Origin: a bacterium HR20 | GTDB lineage: Bacteria > Bacteroidota > Ignavibacteria > Kapaibacteriales > NICIL-2 | Reading direction: 5' to 3' | DNA: 44,970 nucleotides | Assembly (NCBI GenBank): GCA_002898675.1 | Contig: BEHW01000002.1 | Location: 1-44,970, forward strand | Shown: positions 8,712 through 18,050 of the stretch, one piece after another | How positions within the stretch are numbered: position 1 is the stretch's first letter | Layout: the number at the start of each line of letters is the position of its first letter | Notes under the pieces: model-generated | Databases searched by the model: none | Told to the model about the DNA's origin: nothing | The model's input: only the letters and a program-made list of their open reading frames with translations | Program-made: the position numbers and the translations under genes

Positions 8712-9188
8712 GTGCACCGAGACGATATTTCCTTTGTCGCAGGCAATGCGTTCGAACCGCAGTCGCCGCAGTGGCGCGAAACGATCGTTGACTGCTTGGA
8801 ACGCCAGGAGTTTCTCAAGCTCGTCGGCGCGCAAGTGACTTCAATCGAGCCAGGGTATATTGAGGCAGTACTCTCGCTCGAGGAGCACCACAAACAGCAC
8901 GACGGCATCGCCCACGGTGGCGTTATTGCAACGCTGGCGGACATCGTTACTGGATTTGCCGCGTACACGCTCGTCGCCGAGGGCCAGTTTACCGTGACGA
9001 TTGACATGACGGTCAGCTATTTGGAAGCAGCCCATCATGGGATGCTCCGCGCAGTCGGGCGTGTTCTTCGTCACGGGAAAAGCGTAAGCTTTGCGCGTGG
9101 CGAGATTTTCTCCAGCAATGGTTCGCCTGCCAACGAACGATTGATTGCCATTGCCCAAGCGACGTTTGCAATTCGGCAACGAGCATAG
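8712..9188 (+). CDS. PaaI/hotdog-fold acyl-CoA thioesterase family protein
   Basis: 158 aa from a GTG start. The core HGGVIATLADIVTGFAAY plus ...GKSVSFARGEIF... is typical of PaaI-type 4HBT thioesterases. Confidence 0.75.
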   Translation: MHRDDISFVAGNAFEPQSPQWRETIVDCLERQEFLKLVGAQVTSIEPGYIEAVLSLEEHHKQHDGIAHGGVIATLADIVTGFAAYTLVAEGQFTVTIDMTVSYLEAAHHGMLRAVGRVLRHGKSVSFARGEIFSSNGSPANERLIAIAQATFAIRQRA

Positions 9189-9196
9189 CGTCGAAC

Positions 9197-11143
9197 ATGC
9201 AGACCACTGGCTACATCGAGTCGTTAGTTTCGGCAATCATCGCACCGTGTGAGCACCTTCCCACGGGCAGCCAGTCGGCAGGCACCCCATCCTTCGAGGA
9301 GCTGCTTGTTTACACCGAAGCATCGCTGGCAGTATGGCGATTTCCACAAGTGCGTCAGTATGCACAACGTTTAGCAGACCATCCCGGGCGCCTCAATGAG
9401 CACTATCAATGCATGGTGATTTCGCTTTCGGCGCGCTTGGCACTTGCAGCTGGTGACCCACAAGCTGCCCTCCGAGGAACCGCTACTGCCATCGAGCAAG
9501 CAAGCTCGCCAGCTCTACGTGCGCTGATTCACTACCAATGGGCTGCAATGCTCGAAATGATCGGAAACTATCCGGACGCATTGCGCGCGTACACTGATTC
9601 GCTCAAGAATCTGGACAGCTCCAACGATGTTCTCGCTGTACTTGCTCAGCTGGGAGCTGCACGCATCGAAGGAGCATTGGGTGATTATGCTACTGCCCTT
9701 CACATCCTCAATTCCCAGCAAGACAGTTCTGCGTCAGCAAGTACGCATGATGTTGTCCGGCTCCTTCACATAGCGCACCGTGCAGAGCTTCTCACAGCAA
9801 GCGGTCAGCCAGACGAAGCACTTGCACTGCTTTCATCGGTACGCCCCGCTGCTGTCACTCCTCGGACAACATATGCAGTAGCCTTGATTGATCTTGCACT
9901 GCTCGGTGCGTATTATGCAACCCAGCAGTGGGATATTGCTGGTTCGTTCGGAGAGGCGCTTGCGCAGCGCATGGAAGAAGAAGCGCTTCCTTACCTGGCT
10001 GCACGTGCACGATATCAATATGCGCAGTTGTTCAGCGATCCAGGCTCGCCGTACTACAGCCCACCCCTTGCGTTGGAGCATCTCCGCCGTGCACTCTCGC
10101 ACTTGGAGCACGTACCATTTTGCGACCTCCACGCATGGATTCACCTTCGACTTGCGCAGACTTACCGTGCGATCAAACACGACAGGAAAGCATTCATCCA
10201 TTTGGAAAAGTTCACCGACTTCCACTCTTCCGCGCTTTCTCTTCGCACTGCGCACGCAATAAAAGAGACCGAAATTGAGCTTGTAACCCGTCAGCGAGAC
10301 CTTGAGATTGCCGATCTGCGCCGCCAGAATCACGAGCTTCAACTACAGCTTAGCAACGCTCTTGCTACCGTGGAAGAATACAAGCAACGTATGGAGGACC
10401 AAATTGCCTATCTCGGTGTTGTCGCCCACGACCTGAAAAATCCCCTTGCGGCAATCATGATGAGCGCATCTGTCCTCCTCGAACGCTATGGGCAAAAGCT
10501 CACGAAAGACGAGCTGGAAAAGCACACCAGTGCAATCATCCGTACTGCCGAATGGATGAAGGACCTCGTTACTCAGCTGCTCGATTTTACTGCGCTCTCG
10601 ACAGGACGGCTGACACTCGCGATAGAGCCAGTTCACGCGGCTTTGCTCTTTGACACAGTCATCGAAGCGTATCGTGTCCGAGCGCTGGCAAAATCGCTTA
10701 CGATCCACAAGCATTACCACGCAGCCGATCTCTACGTCCTCGCTGACAGCCGTCGCTTGCAGGAATGCTTGGACAATCTCCTCTCGAACGCGATCAAGTA
10801 CTCGCCGCTCGGTCGGCAAGTCCACTGCTCAATCGAGCAACATGGGGAGCACCTCCGTTTCCTTGTCCGGGATGAAGGTCCTGGGCTAAGCCAGCAGGAG
10901 CAAGAGCGCCTCTTTCGTGAATTTACCCGTGCACGCTCGGCAGCAACCGGCAGCGAAGGTGGAACTGGACTCGGCCTCAGCATTGTTCGGCGTTTCGTCG
11001 AGGCGATGCACGGTAGTGTTGGCTGCACAAGCGCTCCAGGCAAAGGAAGCACATTTTTCATCGAGCTTCCGATGGCCCCACCACCGCGCGGAAACCAAGA
11101 GCATCTGCATCCTTCGGTACAAGAACTCATGCAGTCATCCTGA
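9197..11143 (+). CDS. Soluble sensor histidine kinase with a long TPR-like N-terminal region
   Basis: The first ~370 aa are helical-repeat (TPR-like) with no obvious TM segment. A coiled coil follows (EIADLRRQNHELQLQL). The H-box is VVAHDLKNPLAAI, and the HATPase region carries N, G1 and G2 boxes (LSNAIKYSP, RDEGPGL, GGTGLGLSIV). Confidence 0.85.
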   Translation: MQTTGYIESLVSAIIAPCEHLPTGSQSAGTPSFEELLVYTEASLAVWRFPQVRQYAQRLADHPGRLNEHYQCMVISLSARLALAAGDPQAALRGTATAIEQASSPALRALIHYQWAAMLEMIGNYPDALRAYTDSLKNLDSSNDVLAVLAQLGAARIEGALGDYATALHILNSQQDSSASASTHDVVRLLHIAHRAELLTASGQPDEALALLSSVRPAAVTPRTTYAVALIDLALLGAYYATQQWDIAGSFGEALAQRMEEEALPYLAARARYQYAQLFSDPGSPYYSPPLALEHLRRALSHLEHVPFCDLHAWIHLRLAQTYRAIKHDRKAFIHLEKFTDFHSSALSLRTAHAIKETEIELVTRQRDLEIADLRRQNHELQLQLSNALATVEEYKQRMEDQIAYLGVVAHDLKNPLAAIMMSASVLLERYGQKLTKDELEKHTSAIIRTAEWMKDLVTQLLDFTALSTGRLTLAIEPVHAALLFDTVIEAYRVRALAKSLTIHKHYHAADLYVLADSRRLQECLDNLLSNAIKYSPLGRQVHCSIEQHGEHLRFLVRDEGPGLSQQEQERLFREFTRARSAATGSEGGTGLGLSIVRRFVEAMHGSVGCTSAPGKGSTFFIELPMAPPPRGNQEHLHPSVQELMQSS

Positions 11144-11182
11144 ACGTTGCGCGAGCACAAAAACCCCGTAGCATTGCTGCCG

Positions 11183-11190
11183 TAATTTTG
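11183..11190 (+). promoter_or_regulatory. Bacteroides-type -7 promoter box TAATTTTG upstream of the ferredoxin gene
   Basis: A perfect TAnnTTTG match 47 nt upstream of the ATG at 11238, in the only sizeable spacer of this gene string. Confidence 0.45.
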
Positions 11191-11237
11191 CCTCGGCTGC
11201 AGCAGGCGCATCGTATTGTTCACCATCACGCACACGT

Positions 11238-11585
11238 ATGGCACTCTACATCACTTCAGACTGCATCAACTGTGGTGCATGTGAGCCAGAATGCCCCAAC
11301 ACCGCCATCTACGAACCCGGCTCAACGTGGACGTTGGCAGGTGTTGAGTACCATGACTCGACCAGTCCAGGCGGCTTCAAGCGTGACTTTTGGTCGGATC
11401 AGTTCTACTTCATTGTTCCAGATAAATGCACCGAGTGCATCGGATTCCACGATGAACCGCAGTGTGCTGCAGTCTGCCCAGTTGATTGCTGCCTACCGGA
11501 TCCGCTTAACCCTGAAACGCCAGAACAACTCCAAGCGAAAGTTGCCTACCTCGATTCGATTGATCCCAATCGGCGCAGACTCTAA
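11238..11585 (+). CDS. 2x[4Fe-4S] ferredoxin (dicluster, with insert)
   Basis: 115 aa. The first cluster motif is CINCGACEPECP. The second is CTECIGFHDEPQCAAVCP. Confidence 0.88.
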   Translation: MALYITSDCINCGACEPECPNTAIYEPGSTWTLAGVEYHDSTSPGGFKRDFWSDQFYFIVPDKCTECIGFHDEPQCAAVCPVDCCLPDPLNPETPEQLQAKVAYLDSIDPNRRRL

Positions 11586-11597
11586 CGCATAAGCCCA

Positions 11598-13124
11598 ATG
11601 ACAATCGCATTGCAAGGCGAGCTGACCATCGTCCGGGGGAAAATTGCAGCGATCGAGCCACGCGCAGGTGGGGTAACGATTCGGAGCGGCACGCGTCGCG
11701 TTGAATTCCCTGGCGGATGGGCGTTCCCTGGCTTGGTTGATGCTCATGCGCACGTAGTTGGCCTCGGACTGGCATTTCGGGAAGGGTATCTCCGAGACGC
11801 TCCCTCGAAACACGAATGCATCGAACGTCTCATCGCACACGGCCCCAACCGAGGTGAATGGATCGTTGCACGTGGTTGGAATCAAGAGCTGTGGTCTCCC
11901 CCTCTTTTCCCAACGCGCTACGACCTCGATAGGGTGTTTCCTACTACTCCAGTGGCGCTCACGCGGGTAGATGGGCATGCGCTCTGGGTCAACTCCTCAG
12001 CACTGGAACGCGCCGGCATTACTGCTGCTACACCGGACCCCGCTGGGGGCGCAATAGTGCGCGACGAACATGGCATGCCAACAGGGATTCTGCTCGATGC
12101 CGCAATGGAGCTTATCCAGCAGTACATTCCCGAACGAACACTCGAAGACATCGAACACGCGATCATCGAAGCAACCGCTGCAGCCAGCAGCGTTGGTCTT
12201 ACAGAAATCCACGACATGGACGTGCTTCCGGAACACCTCCCAATCTTTACCCAGCTTGCTGAGCAAGGTAAACTTCACTGCCGCATCCTCTCGTGGGTAC
12301 GCGGACAGCGCTTTGAATGGCACTCAGCAGGTGTACTACCGACGACCGGTGAGTTTCATCGTGTAGCAGGCATTAAGCTTTTTGCTGATGGTGCACTTGG
12401 CAGCCGTGGTGCAGCGCTGCTGGAGCCCTACACCGATGATCCAAGCACGCACGGGATCCTGCTCCTGACTGTCGAAGAGATCGCCGAGAGAATCAAGCGA
12501 GCACTCGACGATGGATTTTCCTCGATCGCTGTCCACGCAATTGGCGATCGCGCTGTACGAACCGTCCTCGACGCCTTCGAGCAAATTCAGCAGCGCTACG
12601 TTGCACTCGACAACGTTCGGCTCCGCATCGAGCACAGTCAAGTAGTTCATCCCGACGATCTGCCGCGCTACGTGCAGACTGGTGCGATTGCCTCGGTGCA
12701 GCCAATTCACTGCACAAGCGATGCCGCAATGGCAGAGCGCCGGCTTGGCACTCGCACAGCGACTGCGTACCGATGGCGATCGTTTTTGCAGCATGGGGTG
12801 CTGCTATGTGCAGGCTCAGACTTCCCTGTCGAATCCCACAATCCACTCAGCGGGATTGATGCCTTCTGCCGACGCATTCCTCCGGGGAGGGAACATCCCT
12901 GGTACCCCGAGGAACGCCTTTCAGCAACGGAGGCAATAGAAGCCTACACGATCAATGCTCACCGCGCTGCTGATATGAGCTACCGTCGTGGGTGGCTGGC
13001 TGTAGGGATGGATGCGGACATCACCATTGTCGACCGCAACATCGAGGTATGTCCAGCTGAAGAAATTCTCCAGGCTCGTACATTAGCGACCGTCGTTGGT
13101 GGCACGCTTTACGAACACGCATGA
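11598..13124 (+). CDS. Metal-dependent amidohydrolase (YtcJ-like / Amidohydro_3 type)
   Basis: 508 aa. Metal ligand motifs are GLVDAHAHV (HxH), AVHAIGDRA, RIEHSQVV and GSDFPVE. The stop overlaps the next start (ATGA at 13121-13124). Confidence 0.85.
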   Translation: MTIALQGELTIVRGKIAAIEPRAGGVTIRSGTRRVEFPGGWAFPGLVDAHAHVVGLGLAFREGYLRDAPSKHECIERLIAHGPNRGEWIVARGWNQELWSPPLFPTRYDLDRVFPTTPVALTRVDGHALWVNSSALERAGITAATPDPAGGAIVRDEHGMPTGILLDAAMELIQQYIPERTLEDIEHAIIEATAAASSVGLTEIHDMDVLPEHLPIFTQLAEQGKLHCRILSWVRGQRFEWHSAGVLPTTGEFHRVAGIKLFADGALGSRGAALLEPYTDDPSTHGILLLTVEEIAERIKRALDDGFSSIAVHAIGDRAVRTVLDAFEQIQQRYVALDNVRLRIEHSQVVHPDDLPRYVQTGAIASVQPIHCTSDAAMAERRLGTRTATAYRWRSFLQHGVLLCAGSDFPVESHNPLSGIDAFCRRIPPGREHPWYPEERLSATEAIEAYTINAHRAADMSYRRGWLAVGMDADITIVDRNIEVCPAEEILQARTLATVVGGTLYEHA

Positions 13125-14311
13125 ACCTCGAACGTCAGCAGTGGTTTTACCGCGATCACTACACTCCAGAGCGTTATCGCCGTTTGAAAGAGCACCTGCA
13201 ATCGGAACTGCGCACTCGCATTGACTTCCGCATCCTGGAAGCCCCAGTCTTCTGCTCATCCGAGCTGCGCAGCGCTATCGCCGAGGCTTCGCTTACGCTC
13301 GTTTTGCAGTGCACAACGCCTGAGTATCTCGGCCGCGCAGTCGAGGAAGCAATTCCTCCCAGATACCGAATGCCAAAGGTGCCTCCACATCCAACGTGTG
13401 CTGTCGTGGACTTTGCCATTTCGATGGAAAGCGGAGCAATCAGACCGCGTCTTGTCGAGCTCCAAGGTTTCCCATCGCTCTTTGCCTACCAGCTCTACCT
13501 TGCCGAAGCCTACCACTGTGCCTACGAGCTACCCGAAGAGTTCTCCCCTTTTTTCGATTCCGCACTTACGACCGATGAGTACCGCACATTGCTGGAGCGA
13601 TGGCTGCTAGGATCGCATCATCCGGATAACACTGCCCTTGTTGACTATCGCCCGCTCGAGCAGAAAACCTATCCCGACTTTGCAGCAACATACTTGCTCA
13701 CCGGCATGGCGCCAACGGACATCCTCGACTTGGTTTGTGCAGAGCGAACACTTTTCCACCAACGCGGCGGAGCACTGCAACCGCTGCGGCGCATATACAT
13801 GCGTGCGATACCCGATGAGCTGGAACAGCACAACGTCGAGCTTCCCTTTGCATGGAACGATCCGCCTGACGTCGAGTGGGTAGTGCACCCGAACTGGTAT
13901 TTCTTGATGAGCAAGTATTCGCTGCCATTCCTGGAACATCCGACGGTTCCCCGCGCGATGTTCTGCGATAGTGTCGAGAGGATTCCTCCCAAAGGTCGCT
14001 ACGTTCTCAAGCCGCTCTACGCCTTCGCAGGAAAAGGAGTCAATCTTTCGCCAACCGACGAAGATCTCCGCGCTCTTCCTCCAGAGGAAAAACACAATTG
14101 GTTGCTCATGGAGAAAATTGACTACGCACCAGTTCTCCCAACACCGGAGGGAAATAACTTCCTCGAAATCCGCTGCATGGTACTCTGGGACGACGATTCC
14201 CGCCCGCGCCCGACAATGTCTCTTGTTCGAAGTGGCCGCGCCGCAATGATGGGTTCCCGGTACTTGACAGCTCCCTGGACGGGAGCTTCGATTTGCTTTT
14301 TCGAACAGTGA
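13121..14311 (+). CDS. Uncharacterised protein, probably a circularly permuted ATP-grasp-like ligase
   Basis: A 396-aa clean ORF, translationally coupled to the amidohydrolase. ATP-grasp-like strands RYVLKPLYAFAGKGVNL, WLLMEKIDY and FLEIRCMV lie at the C-terminal end. A VDFAI...RLVELQGFPS strand (the E-x-N-like position) lies near residue 112, which implies a permuted order. HPNWYFLMSKYSLPFL resembles the glutathionylspermidine-synthetase-family motif. The function call is inference only. Confidence 0.45.
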   Translation: MNLERQQWFYRDHYTPERYRRLKEHLQSELRTRIDFRILEAPVFCSSELRSAIAEASLTLVLQCTTPEYLGRAVEEAIPPRYRMPKVPPHPTCAVVDFAISMESGAIRPRLVELQGFPSLFAYQLYLAEAYHCAYELPEEFSPFFDSALTTDEYRTLLERWLLGSHHPDNTALVDYRPLEQKTYPDFAATYLLTGMAPTDILDLVCAERTLFHQRGGALQPLRRIYMRAIPDELEQHNVELPFAWNDPPDVEWVVHPNWYFLMSKYSLPFLEHPTVPRAMFCDSVERIPPKGRYVLKPLYAFAGKGVNLSPTDEDLRALPPEEKHNWLLMEKIDYAPVLPTPEGNNFLEIRCMVLWDDDSRPRPTMSLVRSGRAAMMGSRYLTAPWTGASICFFEQ

Positions 14312-14330
14312 CGACTAAAGCGTAATAGCA

Positions 14331-16244
14331 CTATTCCAGATACGTGTAGCCGTACAATCCTGAGCGGTACATCGCCAGGAACTCTTTCCCCTCATGGAGC
14401 GTGATCATGTTCTCCTTGACTGCTTGCATGACCCACGTTTCCATCGTTCGTACAAGTCGTTTCGCGGAGAACTGCACGTAGTCGAGCACATCTTCGACTG
14501 TCTCGCCTTCGATGATTTGGTCAATCCAGTAACTATCCTCATCGCAAACAATATGCACAGCGTTGGTGTCTCCGAAGAGATTGTGCAAGTCTCCCAGGAT
14601 CTCCTGGTAGGCTCCGACCAAGAACACGCCGATGTAGTATGGCTCACCGTCCCGCAGGTCGTGGACTGATAGGTATGGCAGCGTCTCCCGAATGCCGATG
14701 AAGCGATCAATACGCCCATCGCTATCGCAGGTGATATCGTGGAGCGTTGCGCGACGGATTGGCTTTTCGTTGAGCCGTTGCAGCGGCATGATCGGGAAGA
14801 GTTGATCAATCGCCCAGGAATCTGGGAGTGATTGGAAGAGGGAGAAGTTGCAGAAGTACTTGTCGGCAAGCAGCTTTGGGAGGATGCGGAGTTCATCCGG
14901 GATATGGCGAAAATCCTGCGCGTAGCGATTGACGGCTGTTGCGAGACTCCAGAAAAGTCGTTCGACTTTTGCACGCGACGGCAAATCGAGTAACCCGAGC
15001 GCAAACAGTTCGAGCGATTCCTCGCGCAACTGGAGCGCATCGTGCCAAACTTCCATGATGGTGCGTGGGGAAATGTTGTTGAGCAAGGTGTAAAGCTCAC
15101 GCACAATCTCATGGTCGTGGGGTTCGATGCTGTGGCGAGTGTCATCCCAGAGTGGCGTTGTCGCAGTCTCAAGCACGTTGAAGACGAGAACCGAATGATG
15201 CGCCGTCAATGCTCGTCCGGCTTCCGTAATCACGTGCGGATGTGGGAGGCTGTGGCGATCGGCTGCATCGAGAAGCGTCGCGATTGCATCGTTCGCGTAC
15301 TCCTGGATCGAGTAGTTGATGCTACTGGCGATCGTTGTCCGCGAACCATCGTAATCAACGCCCAACCCACCTCCGATATCCACATACTCGATCGCACACC
15401 CCAAGCGGTGGAGTTGAACGTAGAACTGTGCGACTTCTCGCAGACCAGCTTTGATTTTTCGAATGTTCGTGATCTGAGAACCAAGATGGAAATGGATGAG
15501 CTTGAGCCAGTCGAGAATTCCCTCGCTTCGCGCCAGCTCCACTGCCTCAAGAAGTTCACTTGCATTGAGTCCGAACTTACTCTGATCGCCGCCCGATTCC
15601 TCCCACTTACCACTTCCGCTTGCTGCAAGCCGAATGCGAATGCCGATGTTTGGCACAACATTCAACCGCCGAGCAATCTGCAGGATAAGCTTGAGTTCGT
15701 TGAGCTTTTCGACAACGAGAAAAATTTTCTTCCCCATCTTGTGCGCCAGAAGCGCAAGCTCGATGAAGTCTTCGTCCTTGTAGCCGTTGCAAATAATGAG
15801 CGCCTCCGGGTTGTCCATGATGGGAAGGACAGCATGCAGTTCTGGCTTGGAGCCTGCCTCCAGGCCGATGTTGAACTTCTTGCCGTAGCGGACGATTTCC
15901 TCGACAACGGGGCGCTGCTGGTTGACCTTGATGGGATAGACGTTGTAGTACTTTCCACGGTAGCCGTACTCGCTTCGTGCTCGATCGAAGCAGCCGCTAA
16001 TTTTCTCGATGCGATGGTCGAGGATGTTGGGGAACCGCAGCAGCACCGGCGGATTGATATCCTTGAGTGCAAGTTCGTCCATCAGCTCGCGGATGTCAAT
16101 GGCAGGACCGTTATCCTTGCGCGGCTTGACGACGACGTTACCTTTCTCGTTGATGCCGAAGTACCCAATCCCCCAGCCTGCAATGTTGTAGAGTTCGGCT
16201 GAGTCCTCTACCCGCCATGTTCTCAACGCAGCGACCTCCATCAT
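14331..16244 (-). CDS. speA: Biosynthetic arginine decarboxylase
   Basis: 637 aa. The N-terminus W..EDSAELYNIAGWGIGYF, the PLP-lysine region YNVYPIKVNQQ and the overall length are typical of SpeA. The start lies 3 nt after the upstream gene's stop. Confidence 0.93.
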   Translation of the reverse strand: MMEVAALRTWRVEDSAELYNIAGWGIGYFGINEKGNVVVKPRKDNGPAIDIRELMDELALKDINPPVLLRFPNILDHRIEKISGCFDRARSEYGYRGKYYNVYPIKVNQQRPVVEEIVRYGKKFNIGLEAGSKPELHAVLPIMDNPEALIICNGYKDEDFIELALLAHKMGKKIFLVVEKLNELKLILQIARRLNVVPNIGIRIRLAASGSGKWEESGGDQSKFGLNASELLEAVELARSEGILDWLKLIHFHLGSQITNIRKIKAGLREVAQFYVQLHRLGCAIEYVDIGGGLGVDYDGSRTTIASSINYSIQEYANDAIATLLDAADRHSLPHPHVITEAGRALTAHHSVLVFNVLETATTPLWDDTRHSIEPHDHEIVRELYTLLNNISPRTIMEVWHDALQLREESLELFALGLLDLPSRAKVERLFWSLATAVNRYAQDFRHIPDELRILPKLLADKYFCNFSLFQSLPDSWAIDQLFPIMPLQRLNEKPIRRATLHDITCDSDGRIDRFIGIRETLPYLSVHDLRDGEPYYIGVFLVGAYQEILGDLHNLFGDTNAVHIVCDEDSYWIDQIIEGETVEDVLDYVQFSAKRLVRTMETWVMQAVKENMITLHEGKEFLAMYRSGLYGYTYLE

Positions 16245-16247
16245 TGG

Positions 16248-18029
16248 TTAGCGGACAACAACAAATGGATACATGCGCGCAGTGCCATTCGATTCAACGA
16301 AGATTCCATACATTCCCGGCGCAAGATGTGCGCACTCGATCGGAATGACACGGATTTGCGCGCCTATAGATTCGTCGGCAAGCCGTGCGATCGTTCGTCC
16401 GTAAGTGTCGTAAAGCGTAACCCGAAGATCCGACGGGTTGGTGCGCACGATCTCGATGAACGCGCGATCCGACGCGGGGTTGGGGCCGACACGCACATCC
16501 TGGGTATCATCTTCTGTGGGTTCCACGCTGGTTACAACATCCTCCAACCGAATGCGAACGGTAACCGGTAAATGGTCGCTGACGGTCGTTGTATAGCTCG
16601 ACAGGAAAGCGTTCGGTGCTTCAAGGTACGTCCGGTGTACTGCGCCAAAGAGTTCATCAGAAACGATGATCTGATCGAGCATCCGCGCGTTGACCGATGA
16701 GCCAATGTAGGACCGCAGTCCCAGCAGACTCATTGGGCGTGTCAGTACCCTCCAATGAGCTGAATCATCCACGAACACTTGATAAGGCGTCGGATTTGGT
16801 GTCACAACCGAATTGACGACATCATCGTTGAAATCACCGAGGATAATCACTGGAACGTTCGCATAAAACGTATTGAGGTAGTCATGGAACGTCTCTGCAT
16901 CCGTCTTCCGGCGCTGCCAATCTTGTTGTGCGGTGGTCGAGTCACCTGTTGCTTTCGCATGGATGTTGAAGAGCACGATCGTTTTCTCCGTCCCTCCTAT
17001 CGAGCAACGAGCAGTCATCCGGAACGGGAAGCGTCCACTGGCCCAGGCTTGTGAACCACCGTTGACAGCAAGTCCTGTCTCGATAACCTGGACATTATCC
17101 TGTGAAACAAGGTATGCCATCTTCTGTTGCTGATCAACTGGTGCAAGATAGCCAGTGTAGTTCCCTTGCACCACACTAGCAAGACTATCGAGCACTGACT
17201 GCGTCACCACTTCTTGGAAGGCGTAAATATCCGAGCGTATCGAGTCCAACGCTATCCGAACGCTATTGAACTGCCGCTGCTTGTTGGCGACACCAAGCGT
17301 GGTATCAGTCGAACCGAACCAAAGGAGATTCCACGTCGTCACATCGAGCGTTGCGCTCTTGGGAAGAGTATCGCGCTCGACCGTCAGCCCAACATCAGCC
17401 GCAATGCGCGGCAAGAGCTGATAGGTACCGCGGAATTGGGAGATGACTCCGATGACATCAATGCGTCCAGTTGGTATAGGCAAGCTGTTGCGAGCAATTT
17501 CGGTGTTCGCATCAATGCGAACCTGAAGCTGATCACCAGTCGCATTTCGGACGGTGTAGTTGCGGTCACCCTGGAAGATTCCAGTTTCAACAAATTCAAC
17601 ATTGCGGACGCGGACAAGCACGCCTTCGAGTGCTTCACCGATGGATGGAATCGAAGCTGTTCGCGGTGTTGGCTCTACTCGTGCAACTGGGATCACCTGA
17701 AATGTCACCGAGCCGGTAATTTCACTCAGACCAGTGCCGGATTGCCCTGTTGTTTGACCAAATTCGGTCAACGTGCCAGAGAGTATCTCCACTGAATCGC
17801 CTATCTGGACGCCCATCCGAAATGCGGAATTGAATACGGCAATTCCACCGCTGGCATCCTGAATGTAGCTGGTGTTGCGGAATTGATCAGCCACCGTAAC
17901 GCGTCCTGCGATACGTTCACCAGCACGGAGTGAATCACCAAACGCGCGTTGCTTGAACTGCGCAATTGGGATGTAGGTCTGAGCACTTGCCGCGATAGCA
18001 GCAACCAAGAAGAGTGTAAGCTTACTCAT
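16248..18029 (-). CDS. Secreted endonuclease/exonuclease/phosphatase (EEP) family nuclease-like protein with a T9SS C-terminal sorting domain
   Basis: The ATG at 18029 gives the signal peptide MSKLTLFLVAAIAASAQ. An N-terminal OB-like module follows. The EEP motifs are LDVTTWNLLWFG and SDHLPVTVRI. The C-terminal ~80 aa (VGPNPASDRAFIEI...LRVTLYDTYGRTIA...LAPGMYGIFVES...) look like a Por secretion tail. Confidence 0.8.
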   Translation of the reverse strand: MSKLTLFLVAAIAASAQTYIPIAQFKQRAFGDSLRAGERIAGRVTVADQFRNTSYIQDASGGIAVFNSAFRMGVQIGDSVEILSGTLTEFGQTTGQSGTGLSEITGSVTFQVIPVARVEPTPRTASIPSIGEALEGVLVRVRNVEFVETGIFQGDRNYTVRNATGDQLQVRIDANTEIARNSLPIPTGRIDVIGVISQFRGTYQLLPRIAADVGLTVERDTLPKSATLDVTTWNLLWFGSTDTTLGVANKQRQFNSVRIALDSIRSDIYAFQEVVTQSVLDSLASVVQGNYTGYLAPVDQQQKMAYLVSQDNVQVIETGLAVNGGSQAWASGRFPFRMTARCSIGGTEKTIVLFNIHAKATGDSTTAQQDWQRRKTDAETFHDYLNTFYANVPVIILGDFNDDVVNSVVTPNPTPYQVFVDDSAHWRVLTRPMSLLGLRSYIGSSVNARMLDQIIVSDELFGAVHRTYLEAPNAFLSSYTTTVSDHLPVTVRIRLEDVVTSVEPTEDDTQDVRVGPNPASDRAFIEIVRTNPSDLRVTLYDTYGRTIARLADESIGAQIRVIPIECAHLAPGMYGIFVESNGTARMYPFVVVR

Positions 18030-18050
18030 GGTACACAATCATGTGGGACA

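Noticed and set aside
11144-11237. Weak hairpin TGCTGC-N18-GCAGCA after the histidine kinase gene as a terminator.
   Set aside because: It has only 6 bp with an 18-nt loop and no T-tract. Its loop contains the candidate -7 box for the ferredoxin gene, which is the better explanation of the spacer.
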